64,000 bases of DNA, from NCBI GenBank assembly GCA_963665295.1, contig OY762209.1, positions 32,001 through 96,000 on the forward strand. The letters run 5' to 3'. The translations under genes and the position numbers were made by a program. This document shows, in pieces, positions 28,608-38,167 of this stretch. Within the stretch, counting starts at the first letter, position 1; each line of letters opens with the position of its first letter. Below the pieces are notes generated by a model that was not told the origin of the DNA, searched no databases, and saw only the letters and a list, made by a program, of their open reading frames with translations. The stretch comes from Syntrophorhabdaceae bacterium. Its GTDB lineage: Bacteria > Desulfobacterota > Syntrophorhabdia > Syntrophorhabdales > Syntrophorhabdaceae.

Positions 28608-30149
28608 TTGTCGGACCTTATTCTCATAAACGCCAATGTGATTACCCTGGACCCCTCGTTCCCGAAGGCGGGGCTTATCCGCGTCAGCAACGGGAGGATC
28701 GCCGGACTTTCGGCGGACGGCGCCTGCGGAAAATCGAAAAGCCCGAAGGCAGCGGTCATCGATTGCCGCGGAAAAACCGTGGTGCCCGGTTTCATTGACC
28801 CACACTGCCATCTGGTTTCCTACGGCGATAGCTTTATAAGCCTCGACGTGGGGCCGCGAAATGTGTCCTCCATCGCGGATATGCTGAATATGGTAAAGGA
28901 GGCCGCCCTCGGGCTTCCACCGGGGACCTGGATCAAGGCTCGCGGATACAATGAATTTTACCTGGCCGAGAAGAGGCATCCTACCCGGTGGGACCTCGAT
29001 GCCGTGTCGCCCCTTCATCCCGTGAGAATTACCCACCGGTCCGGACACGCCCACCTGTTGAACAGCCTGGCCCTTCAACGTGTCGGTATTTCGGAAGAAA
29101 CCGGTGATCCCCCGGGAGGTCTGATTGACAGGGCTATCCCGACGGGAGAACCGACGGGCCTGCTCTATGGCATGGGCGAGACCCTCGCGCAATTTGTGCC
29201 GCCCACGCAAGGAGACCGGGCTGATCACGGAATCCGCCTCGCCGGTCACACATTGAGCGCCCTGGGCATTACGTCGGTCCATGACGCGTCTTCCCGAAAC
29301 GATCCGGACAGGCTGGATACCTTCCGCACCTGGAAGAAAAAGGGTCTTCTTCCGCAACGGGTGACCATGGCCCTGGGCTGGGAGGCATTCAAAAGACATC
29401 CGGAACGTGAGTCTGCTGCTCCCGGGGAAGATGATCATGTCCGCATAGAAGGGGTGAAGATCATCATCCATGAAATGACAGGTCGCCTTGCTCCGGGTCA
29501 GTCCGAATTGAACGAAATGGTCTTGCGGATACATGAGTCCGGATTTCAGGCGATCCTTCACGCCATCGAGGAGAAGGCAATCACTGCCGCCTGCGCCGCC
29601 ATCGAACATGCCCTTGAAACATTCCCGGGGGCCGACCACAGACACCGGATCGAACACTGCTCTGTCTGCCCTCCGGCCCTGGCAAAGAGACTCGCTTCCG
29701 CCAATATCACGGTGGTGACACAACCCGCATTTATCTACTACAATGGAGAGCGGTATCTCAACACAGTGGCAAGAGAGGATTTGGGGCACCTCTATCCTGT
29801 GGCCACCCTTATGGCGCACGGAGTCAGGGTGGCAGGCAGCTCTGATTTCCCCGTTGTTCCCCCTGACCCGCTGATTGGAATCTATAGCGCGGTTTCCCGG
29901 CGGTCCGAACAGGGAGAGCATGTTCTTCCCGAGGAAAGAATCACGCCCCTCGAAGCCCTCGCCTTGTTTACGGATAATGCGGCAAGGGCCTCCCGTGCGG
30001 AGACGCGCAGAGGGTCGATCCGACCGGGCAAGCTCGCCGACCTCGCAGTCCTGAGCGGCGATCCCACCGGTCTTCCCGAGGAAGCAATCAAGGATATCCG
30101 CGTGGATATGACGATTATCGACGGAGAGGTGGTGTGGGAGAGGAAATGA
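28608..30149 (+). CDS. Amidohydrolase 3 (YtcJ-like)
   Basis: PGFIDPHCH, GH...NS.AL, HAI, RIEH, SSDFP, GKLADL.VL. Confidence 0.92.
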   Translation: MSDLILINANVITLDPSFPKAGLIRVSNGRIAGLSADGACGKSKSPKAAVIDCRGKTVVPGFIDPHCHLVSYGDSFISLDVGPRNVSSIADMLNMVKEAALGLPPGTWIKARGYNEFYLAEKRHPTRWDLDAVSPLHPVRITHRSGHAHLLNSLALQRVGISEETGDPPGGLIDRAIPTGEPTGLLYGMGETLAQFVPPTQGDRADHGIRLAGHTLSALGITSVHDASSRNDPDRLDTFRTWKKKGLLPQRVTMALGWEAFKRHPERESAAPGEDDHVRIEGVKIIIHEMTGRLAPGQSELNEMVLRIHESGFQAILHAIEEKAITAACAAIEHALETFPGADHRHRIEHCSVCPPALAKRLASANITVVTQPAFIYYNGERYLNTVAREDLGHLYPVATLMAHGVRVAGSSDFPVVPPDPLIGIYSAVSRRSEQGEHVLPEERITPLEALALFTDNAARASRAETRRGSIRPGKLADLAVLSGDPTGLPEEAIKDIRVDMTIIDGEVVWERK

Positions 30150-30192
30150 CCCGTTTCAAAGGCGGGGCGGACCGCGCGCCCCGTTGACAGTC

Positions 30193-31380
30193 CTACGAAA
30201 TTATTCCCTTCTCACGGTAACGGGAAAACTCTTCCTCCGTCAGGCCGAGCAGTTCTCTGAATACGTATCGATTATCTTCACCTAGTTGCGGCGCTGCCTT
30301 CCAGTCGATATTCTCATCTTCCCCGAACCGGATCGGCGACCTGTCGCTCAAGGTGCGGCCCAGGACCGGATGATCGAGGGGAATGAAAAATTGCCTCGCC
30401 GTGAGCTGAGGGTCATGGGCCAGACCCTCAGCATCTTGTACGACACCGGCCGGAACGCCCGCATCCTGAAGAAGGGCAACCGCCTCCTCCGGGGACCGCT
30501 CAGCCGTCCACCGTCCTATCAACCTGTCAAGTTGCTCCCCATTCGACCTCCGCCCGGACAAGGTCCGAAAACGGTCGTCATCAGGCAGGTCAATACGGTC
30601 CATTACCCTGCAGAGCGCCCGCCATTCATCTTCCGTAGACGCGGAAATAACGCACCACCTGTCCGTCCCCCGGCACGGGTAGCATCCCGAAGGGGATGGA
30701 TCGACGTGGCCCGAGCGATTGCCCCGGGGGCGCGCTGCAGGCTGACTCATGGACACATCCAGGATGGCCGGTCCCATAAGCGTGCAGAGGGCCTCATACC
30801 CGGAGAGGTCGACGTGCCGCCCTTCATCCGTCCTGGACCGGTTCTCCAGGGCTGCGAGCACTGCCAGGGCCCCATAAAGGCCGATCACATGGTCGCCGTA
30901 AGCATACCCCATGCCCAGCGGCCGGTCGCCGTCAAAGGAACTGAGGCGGGTAAGGCCCGAAAGGGCATGAAGGGTGGGCCCGAAAGCGACATGGTCTTTC
31001 CACGGCCCGGTTTGACCCATGGCCGACATGCTCACCATAATGATCCGGGGGTTCACTTCCTTCAATTTCTCATAGGTCAAACCCCAATTGGCCATGACCC
31101 GGGGCGCAAAATTCTCTATAACCACGTCGCTGACCCTGGAAAGGCCCAATGCCAACTCCTTTGCTTCAGGATGACTCATGTCGAGGGTAATACTTCGTTT
31201 GTTGCGGTTCCATGCGCTGAAATACCCGGTATGGTTCGATTCAACCCCTTTTACCGTTTTCAGCGATTGCACTTTGATGACCTCGGCGCCGAAATCGGCA
31301 AGGACCCTCGTTGCATAGGGTCCCGCCAGCACCCATGTAAAATCGAGAACCCTCAGTCCTTTCAATATTCCGTCAGTCAT
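30193..31380 (-). CDS. Family III CoA transferase, catalytic (BbsF-like) subunit
   Basis: LADFGAEVIKV, NRNKRS, ENFAP, YGD with catalytic Asp. Confidence 0.92.
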   Translation of the reverse strand: MTDGILKGLRVLDFTWVLAGPYATRVLADFGAEVIKVQSLKTVKGVESNHTGYFSAWNRNKRSITLDMSHPEAKELALGLSRVSDVVIENFAPRVMANWGLTYEKLKEVNPRIIMVSMSAMGQTGPWKDHVAFGPTLHALSGLTRLSSFDGDRPLGMGYAYGDHVIGLYGALAVLAALENRSRTDEGRHVDLSGYEALCTLMGPAILDVSMSQPAARPRGNRSGHVDPSPSGCYPCRGTDRWCVISASTEDEWRALCRVMDRIDLPDDDRFRTLSGRRSNGEQLDRLIGRWTAERSPEEAVALLQDAGVPAGVVQDAEGLAHDPQLTARQFFIPLDHPVLGRTLSDRSPIRFGEDENIDWKAAPQLGEDNRYVFRELLGLTEEEFSRYREKGIIS

Positions 31381-31440
31381 TGAACGTCCTTTGCCTTCGA
31401 AAGCCCCGGCCGGGCCTTCGAATTATCGCGGGAAGTCTCA

Positions 31441-32661
31441 TCAGATGACATGTAACCGTGAGAGCCTCGCAATCTCTTTTTCCGAAAGGCCCAGTTCATC
31501 GCAATAGACCCGGCGATTATCCTCTCCGAGAAAGGGCGCCCGTCTCGTCCGGCGCGGGGCCGATCCGTCGAACCTGTAAGGCGCTCCCGGGAATGCCGGT
31601 ATTCCTCCTGATCCGGGATGGTCCGTGGAGGAAAAGAACTGTCGTGCAAGTAGCTGGGGGCTGCGGAGAACATCTTCAACCCCGGACACCGGGGCCCAGG
31701 GGAACCGCATGGCCTGTGCCGTCTCAAAAAGCTCCCCTCCATCATGGGTGCGCGTCCATCTCTCCAGTACATCCATGATATGGCCCACGTTCACCTTGCG
31801 ATAATCCTCGTCCTTCCATTTCTCATCCGTGAGGTCCTCCGCCATTCCCTCGGCTGCCATCCATTCAACGAGGGTCTCCCACTGGCTCCCGATATTCACA
31901 TGTATGTGACCGTCCTTACACGGCAGTATGAAAGAAGACCGGTTCCAGGCGAGATTCCCTTGCCGCTTCGGGATGATCCCATCATAGAGATAGCGGACCA
32001 GCACATGGTCCAGGGTGCCCGCCACCGCCTCCTGAGATGAAATGTCGAGATACTCCCCCTTTCCCGTGCCTCTCCTCTTGAAAAGGGCCAGGAGGATACC
32101 GATTGCGGCGAAGAGGGAAGCAACATAGAACGACTGTTCGCCGTAAGGCCTGAGGGGCGTTGTCGAGGGGTCACCCGAGACGTACATCTGTCCCCCAAAG
32201 GCGGAAGCCACAAGATCGCATGACTTGTAACCGCTCTTGGGCCCCGTTTGCCCGAAACCTGTCACTGAAGCCAGAATGAGCCCAGGATTTGCCTCGTTCA
32301 TTGCCCTGTAGGAACAACCGGTCTTCTCCAGATGACCCGGAGCGAAGGACTCCACCACAACATCGGCCTTTTCTATGAGTCTGAAGAAAAGCTTCCTCCC
32401 TTCCTCCTTCCCGATGTCGAGGGTAATGCCCAGTTTGTTCGCGTTATGGTAAAGGAAAAAGGAGCGTGCCTCCGGGGAAGACGTGTCCCCCGGTGAGGGC
32501 CCCGCCTTTCGGGGATTGTCTCCCTCCGGTTTTTCAATCTTGATGACGAGAGCACCCAGGTCCGCGAGGACCCTGGAACAGAAACATGCCTTTTCGTCTG
32601 CGAGATCGAGGATACGTATTCCGTGAAGAAGGCCCTCTTTTTCAGACTGTTCCATTTCCAT
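31441..32661 (-). CDS. Family III CoA transferase, non-catalytic (BbsE-like) subunit
   Basis: LADLGA.VIKIE, GFGQTGP; EQSFY where the catalytic Asp usually lies. Confidence 0.88.
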   Translation of the reverse strand: MEMEQSEKEGLLHGIRILDLADEKACFCSRVLADLGALVIKIEKPEGDNPRKAGPSPGDTSSPEARSFFLYHNANKLGITLDIGKEEGRKLFFRLIEKADVVVESFAPGHLEKTGCSYRAMNEANPGLILASVTGFGQTGPKSGYKSCDLVASAFGGQMYVSGDPSTTPLRPYGEQSFYVASLFAAIGILLALFKRRGTGKGEYLDISSQEAVAGTLDHVLVRYLYDGIIPKRQGNLAWNRSSFILPCKDGHIHVNIGSQWETLVEWMAAEGMAEDLTDEKWKDEDYRKVNVGHIMDVLERWTRTHDGGELFETAQAMRFPWAPVSGVEDVLRSPQLLARQFFSSTDHPGSGGIPAFPGAPYRFDGSAPRRTRRAPFLGEDNRRVYCDELGLSEKEIARLSRLHVI

Positions 32662-33637
32662 GGATACCCTCAAGAGAGTACATGATACGGTCTTCCACCA
32701 CCTGCCGCCGAACCTCACCGTCTTTCTCCAGGTACGCGAGGTGGGCAACCGTTTCCCCGATTACTATGATCTTTTCGAAAAGAGGCAAAGTGCCCCAGGA
32801 ATTATGCCACCCATTCCAGGTCATACGCGATGCGAGCTGAAAGGCGGTCCTTCGCCCGTTTCTCAGGAGAGAAACTACCTCCTTGAGTCTTCGCCCGTGG
32901 TTGGCCTTCAGTTCATCAAGCCTTTCCCGGTGGCCCCGGAAAGGCTTTCCATGGCCGGGCAACGTAAGCTCGATGTCCAGGGCACGGATCTTTTCCAGAC
33001 CTGCCAGATACTCCCTCAGGGGCTGCCAACCGTCAACACGCATGAATTCAAGGACGGGGCTGATATTACCGAGAATATGGTCACCCGCCAGGAGTACTTT
33101 CCTGTCCGGTTCGAAAAGGCAGAGGTGCCCTTGCGTGTGACCCGGCGTCTCGATACATCGGAACCGCATATCCCCTATGTCTATCGTGTCCTCTTCCTTC
33201 AGAAAATGGAACCTGAGATTCCGGCGGGAAGAACTTCCGGAAGCGGGCCTGTGCCGGGAAGCCGCATCAAATTCCTCATCGGGAAGACCGTTCAGCCGGG
33301 CGAAGTCGAGCAACGCGGCATAACTATTGTTTCCATCGAACCAGTTCATTTCCCGTTCATTCAGATACACCCTGGCCGTATCTTCGGCGAGGTGGGGAAG
33401 GAGACCGAAATGGTCCGGGTGTATGTGGGTGATGAAGAAATCGGTCCTCTTCAGATCGACTCCCAGTCGGGTCAGTGCGGCCCCCATCACCTCCATGGGT
33501 TCCGTCCCTCCCAACCCCGTATCGACGATGAGGCTCTTTTCCGGACCCCTGACCACGTAGGAGTTCGTAGTCCTCAGGGGAGCCCCGGGCATGGGGATCT
33601 CAACCCTGTAAATATTTGTCGTGATCTGTTCCACCAA
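32642..33637 (-). CDS. MBL-fold metallo-hydrolase
   Basis: THIHPDHFG, TPGHTQGH, GDHIL, PGHG. Confidence 0.9.
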   Translation of the reverse strand: MVEQITTNIYRVEIPMPGAPLRTTNSYVVRGPEKSLIVDTGLGGTEPMEVMGAALTRLGVDLKRTDFFITHIHPDHFGLLPHLAEDTARVYLNEREMNWFDGNNSYAALLDFARLNGLPDEEFDAASRHRPASGSSSRRNLRFHFLKEEDTIDIGDMRFRCIETPGHTQGHLCLFEPDRKVLLAGDHILGNISPVLEFMRVDGWQPLREYLAGLEKIRALDIELTLPGHGKPFRGHRERLDELKANHGRRLKEVVSLLRNGRRTAFQLASRMTWNGWHNSWGTLPLFEKIIVIGETVAHLAYLEKDGEVRRQVVEDRIMYSLEGIHGNGTV

Positions 33638-33801
33638 CCGGTGACCCCTTACGCGTCCGTCTTTTTCAATATACACACTTAGCGCCAAGGGCAGTATAAC
33701 CCGCAAGTGGCTGTAAAAGCACCCATTTTTAAAGATCGCGACATAAGAACGCGAGATGCCCCGCGCTGCCTGCCCCCAATCAGGTTATCATACGGGCTGC
33801 A

Positions 33802-33942
33802 TCAGTCCGATGAAGGTACAGGCTTCGGCTGCTGGGTTACCATCTCCTTGTCACAACAAGTGGGCAGTTCTTTGCTTCCCTTCGTGCACAGTACCTCCGT
33901 ACCGCACACCTCACAGCGATATCTCTTTCCCAGTTGACTCAC
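33802..33942 (-). CDS. 46-aa desulforedoxin-like CxxC...CC protein
   Basis: MSQLGKRYRCEVCGTEVLCTKGSKELPTCCDKEMVTQQPKPVPSSD; RBS GGAGGT; below ORF-track cutoff. Confidence 0.85.
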   Translation of the reverse strand: MSQLGKRYRCEVCGTEVLCTKGSKELPTCCDKEMVTQQPKPVPSSD

Positions 33943-33972
33943 GGGTCACCTCCGTCTACAAAGTATAAGTGT

Positions 33973-34092
33973 CTACTTCTTCTGTTCCATGGCCTGGCCG
34001 CAGCAGGTAATTGTCCCTTCTCCGCCGCGGGTTACAATGTGCTCAGCGCCGCACTTCGTGCAAATGTATCTCTTTCCTGTTTGATTTGCCAT
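33973..34092 (-). CDS. 39-aa desulforedoxin-like CxxC...CC protein
   Basis: MANQTGKRYICTKCGAEHIVTRGGEGTITCCGQAMEQKK; RBS AAGGAGG; below ORF-track cutoff. Confidence 0.85.
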   Translation of the reverse strand: MANQTGKRYICTKCGAEHIVTRGGEGTITCCGQAMEQKK

Positions 34093-34133
34093 ACCTCATT
34101 CCTCCTTGCGCTCTATGCCGTCATATGACATTT

Positions 34134-34808
34134 CTACAGCTCAATCTCCTTCAGGTCCGCTGCGATGAGCAGCTTCGGCTCGGTAACCGACTGAATGTCC
34201 CCCGGAGTGAGGCCGGGGTAGATCTCCTTCAACAGAAGCCCCTCTTTCGTAACCTCGATTACCGCGAGATCGGTGAAGATCCAGTGGACCTTCTTCAGCG
34301 CCGTTGCAGGGTACGTCAACTCACGGACGATCTTCGGCTTCCCATCGGTGGTGGTATGTTCCATTGCGATGAAAAGGCTTCGCGCCCCAATGGCGAGGTC
34401 CATGGAACCGCCTACATTACCTACCCCTGCAAGTCCCCTCGACGGGTTGTACCACGAGGCAAAGTCCCCTGCGGCATTCACCTGAAAGGCGCCCATCACC
34501 GTGGCGTCCACATGGCCGCCCCGGATCATGGCGAAAGACTCGACCAGATCGAAATAAACCGATCCCGGCATCTCCGTCACCGCCTGGCAGCTGGCGTTGA
34601 TGAGGTCCTGATCGATATCGCATCCTTCTGCTATGGGGCCCGTTTTCAGCATGCCTATCTCCGCCTGGAGGGCTACATCCCTTCCTTCGAGCCAGTTGCC
34701 GACCAGCGTGGGCATGCCTATACCCAGGTTCACGTAAGACCCGTCTTTAATCTCCTTACTCACCCTCAACGCGATGATCTCGCGGGGGAGCCCTTCGAAT
34801 TTCTTCAA
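34134..34808 (-). CDS. 3-oxoacid CoA-transferase subunit B
   Basis: VNLGIGMPT, QAEIG (catalytic Glu), IRGGH, GGSMDL, MEH. Confidence 0.93.
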   Translation of the reverse strand: MKKFEGLPREIIALRVSKEIKDGSYVNLGIGMPTLVGNWLEGRDVALQAEIGMLKTGPIAEGCDIDQDLINASCQAVTEMPGSVYFDLVESFAMIRGGHVDATVMGAFQVNAAGDFASWYNPSRGLAGVGNVGGSMDLAIGARSLFIAMEHTTTDGKPKIVRELTYPATALKKVHWIFTDLAVIEVTKEGLLLKEIYPGLTPGDIQSVTEPKLLIAADLKEIEL

Positions 34809-34825
34809 CGTTATTCCTCCTCTTT

Positions 34826-35575
34826 TCAAAGATTCGTGATATCGAAGGTGATCCTCGGAACCTTCACGACTCTCTGTACGTATATACCAGGGGTATGAAC
34901 CATCTCCGGGTCAATCTCCCCGGTGGCCACAATGTTCTCGACCTCGGCAATCGTCACGCGCGCAGCCGAAGCCATCACGGGGTTGAAGTTCCTCGCCGTC
35001 TTGCGGTACTGGAGGTTGCCTTCGGGATCACTCTTGTAGGCATGGATCAACGCAAAGTCAGGCTTCAGCGCATATTCCAGAACACATGTCTGCCCGTCTA
35101 TCACCCTGACCTCTTTCTTTGTCCTGTTTTCCACGACGTTCGTGAGGATAGCCTCCTCCACCATGGACCCTGCCCCTGCGGGCGTGAAAAAAGCGGGGAT
35201 GCCTGCTCCCCCGGCCCTGTACTTTTCGGCCAGCGTTCCCATGGGGTAGATCTCGAGCTCAATTTCGCCGGACCGCACCGCCTGCTCGAAGGCATGTTGA
35301 AGGCCCTTCGTTGCGGAGCGGAAAAGCCCGTAAGAATCGATGACTTTCTTGATCTGTTTGTTTTTTACCAAACTGTCCAGCTCGCCGGTGGCGCCCAGAA
35401 GAGGACCCGAACCGCACGCTATAGTGAGGCCCTTTACTCCCTTATCGATGAGCGCCCGGATCAGCACCCTGGGCACTCCCGCTGCAAAGAAACCGCCGAT
35501 AGCTACGACCGCACCATCCTCGATGTCCGCTACCGCTTGTTCAATACTTTCCCGTACCTTGTTCATGGCCACCAA
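34826..35575 (-). CDS. 3-oxoacid CoA-transferase subunit A
   Basis: GGF..GVP, PMGTLAE..RAGGAGIPAFFTP, TARNFNP, HTPGIYV. Confidence 0.93.
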   Translation of the reverse strand: MVAMNKVRESIEQAVADIEDGAVVAIGGFFAAGVPRVLIRALIDKGVKGLTIACGSGPLLGATGELDSLVKNKQIKKVIDSYGLFRSATKGLQHAFEQAVRSGEIELEIYPMGTLAEKYRAGGAGIPAFFTPAGAGSMVEEAILTNVVENRTKKEVRVIDGQTCVLEYALKPDFALIHAYKSDPEGNLQYRKTARNFNPVMASAARVTIAEVENIVATGEIDPEMVHTPGIYVQRVVKVPRITFDITNL

Positions 35576-35606
35576 CCTCTTTTCAGTATTGTCTCTCGTT
35601 ATTTAC

Positions 35607-36338
35607 TCACTGATTCCCCGATCTTCTCGTTTTCACGGAGAGCCTCGCCTCCAGGTCCAATCCTTGCTGAAGCGACATGTCCAGACCCTGAAGAACGGCT
35701 TGTTTGGCGTTTCTCACTGCTGCGACCCTGAAGGACGCGATTTTCCCGGCTATCTCATCCGCCGTTTCAAGAAGCCTGTCCACCGGCACTACCCTGCTCA
35801 CGAGACCGGATTCGAGGGCCTCACGGGCATCCATACGCCTATTGGTGAGAAGCATATCAAGGGACCTGGATAGACCGATTATCCTGGGGAGGGTTTGTGT
35901 CCCCCCTGCCCCCGGTATAATGCCCAGGCCCATCTCAGGTAACCCGAAGATCGTGTTTTCCGCGGCAATCCGGATATTGCAGAACAGGGCAATCTCCATC
36001 CCCGAGCCGAGCACGTATCCGTGGAGTGCGGCAATGAGAGGCTGTGCCATGCTCCGGAAGAGCCCCCACAGGTCTCTTAGCACCCTTATCTGTCTTGCCT
36101 TGACCACGGAAGGAGCGGTAAGGAATTCAGACAGATCGGCGCCTGCGCAAAACGCCTTTTCTCCCGCGCCCTTGAGTATCACTGCCCGTATCTCGTCATC
36201 CGCCTTGATGGCACTCAGAACCTCATAAAGGTCGTCCCGCATCTGCACGCTGTATACGTTCAGCACCCGGGGCCTGTTAAGGGTCACGTATCCGATGTTG
36301 CCCTTCCGCTCATAGATGACCGTTTCGAATCCATTCAT
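35607..36338 (-). CDS. Enoyl-CoA hydratase/isomerase
   Basis: LNRP, AFCAGADL, GSGMEIAL, FGLPE.GLG.IPG.GGTQ. Confidence 0.92.
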   Translation of the reverse strand: MNGFETVIYERKGNIGYVTLNRPRVLNVYSVQMRDDLYEVLSAIKADDEIRAVILKGAGEKAFCAGADLSEFLTAPSVVKARQIRVLRDLWGLFRSMAQPLIAALHGYVLGSGMEIALFCNIRIAAENTIFGLPEMGLGIIPGAGGTQTLPRIIGLSRSLDMLLTNRRMDAREALESGLVSRVVPVDRLLETADEIAGKIASFRVAAVRNAKQAVLQGLDMSLQQGLDLEARLSVKTRRSGNQ

Positions 36339-36347
36339 CCTTTTTCT

Positions 36348-37100
36348 CTATGCCCCTTCAAAATCGGGTTTTCTCTTTTCCTTGAAGGCCGTAATACCCT
36401 CTATGCGGTCCCGGGTCGTAAAAAGAAGCAGGTAAAGGTCCAGTTCCATGCGCATCCCCTGATCGATGGTCAGATCCAGGCCGCTGTGAAGAGCTTCCTT
36501 GACGCAGCCCATTGCCAGGGGGGATCTCTCGGCCATATCCGCCGCAAGGGTCGCGGCGGTATCCATAAGTTCCGGCCCGGGAACTACCCTGTGAATAAGG
36601 CCTATCCGCCGGGCTTCCCGAGCGTCGACCCTTGCGCCTGTCAAAATCATTTCCATGGCTTTGCCCGGTCCTATCAGACGGGGCAGCCGCTGTGTTCCGC
36701 CGGCGGAAGGGATCAGCCCGCCACATATCTGTGGCAGCCCGAAACGCGCGTCCTCTGTCCCTATCCTGATGTCGCAGGCAAGGGCCAGTTCCAGCCCGAT
36801 TCCCATGGCATCACCCTCAATTGCCGCAATGACCGGCTGTTTGAGTTGGGCCACGGGCGCTACAAGGGAAGCCTGTTCCACTTCTCCCCATTCGGTTCCT
36901 TCCACCGTTGAATCGAAGATCTTACCCGGATAGGCAAGGACAACTACCCGGGTCTCATCGTCCCAGTTGACTTCGGCGCACAAATCCTCAAGCTCGTTCG
37001 CTATCCGCGCCGCCCATCCATGGACACTCATGAGGCCGGGAAACCGGACAATCATACAGCGACCTACTTTCTCACAACTCAGCTCACGATACGCCATCAA
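36348..37100 (-). CDS. Enoyl-CoA hydratase-like protein with degenerate N-terminal motif
   Basis: GLELALACDIR and GGTQRLPRLIG present; FCAGAD motif absent; FGLPQ instead of FGLPE. Confidence 0.85.
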   Translation of the reverse strand: MMAYRELSCEKVGRCMIVRFPGLMSVHGWAARIANELEDLCAEVNWDDETRVVVLAYPGKIFDSTVEGTEWGEVEQASLVAPVAQLKQPVIAAIEGDAMGIGLELALACDIRIGTEDARFGLPQICGGLIPSAGGTQRLPRLIGPGKAMEMILTGARVDAREARRIGLIHRVVPGPELMDTAATLAADMAERSPLAMGCVKEALHSGLDLTIDQGMRMELDLYLLLFTTRDRIEGITAFKEKRKPDFEGA

Positions 37101-37176
37101 TCAACCTGCCTCCCGGCCGATAAAGCCCCTGATCTTTCCCGCGGCGCCCATAACTGTTGTTTCTCCCTGAGTATCC

Positions 37177-37674
37177 CTAGGTTCGAAATCCGTCTTCCGT
37201 CCTCCACACGGCCCGACCAGGGCCCGTGTTTGTCTCCTTACAACTCGACTGATCCCCGGCGTATGGTTCCACTGAATAGCCCTTCGCAGTGACGGTTGAC
37301 GCCTTTGAGTATCGGCTCGAATTCAATATCTGAAGCTCTGTAGTGAGGAATGTCAGGATTACCCATAGATTCCGGTACTCGGACGCGAATTGGCCGTTAA
37401 AGCCGTTGCCCCGGCGCAACGTGTCGAGTGCATTGCCCTCACCGTCATTCGCAAGCCGGGTCATCTCATTAACGTGTCTGATCTTGCACTCATCAATAAT
37501 CCGCAGCAGGAGTTCTGCCTTGCTCTTAAAGTGCCCGTATAAAGAGCCCTTGGTGAGCCCCACCTTTTTCACGATGTCCGTGACGGAGGTACCGTGGTAT
37601 CCTTTGCGTACGAAAAGCTCAAGGGCTGCCTGGATGATCTTTTCCTGCGTCACTACCCCGTCGGCTCTCTTCAC
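37177..37674 (-). pseudogene. Frameshifted TetR regulator, paralog of 59047-59667
   Basis: Highly similar up to LTFLTTEL; similarity resumes in another frame (DIEFEPILKGV versus DIDFEPMLKAV) after about 37330. Confidence 0.85.
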
Positions 37675-37687
37675 TAGGACCTCCCAC

Positions 37688-37845
37688 TAATACCGTACGT
37701 TCATTATTTAAATTATTTTCATGGGCGTGTCAAGTCTTTTTTCGACTATAAGTAAATTTTCTTACTCCTTTAATTCGCCTACTTATGTTACATAATCCAT
37801 ATCTCACTGACAATATTGGCTTATGCATTATCCGACCGGTCATTT
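37688..37845. promoter_or_regulatory. TetR-type operator/promoter module, copy 1
   Basis: TAATACCGTACGTTCATTA, minus-strand TTGACA at 37728-37733, second site TATCCGACCGGTCATTT. Confidence 0.65.
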
Positions 37846-38167
37846 GCTGTAGAGGTACTACGAATATCACGTCGCAGGAAAACAACCATCCTTCGACCAT
37901 TGTGGGGATCGATTCGTGGACCCTGATTTGTTTGCAGGTTTTTCTCGTCTCAAAGGCAAAGCACGAAGACCGCGCCCAATGGTGTGGCGCAGCCTCCGCT
38001 CTTGTCAGTCAACAGGCCTGATTGTGGCAAAGGTTGATTCAGTCACTCTCATCGTAGCCCGTGCCCGTCCTCGCGATCCCGTATTTTCGGCGACGCTCCG
38101 CCTGCCGCCCATGCGTATATTCACCACCCGGGAAATCCTGCCGGATGACGGGTCTCAACGCACTACT

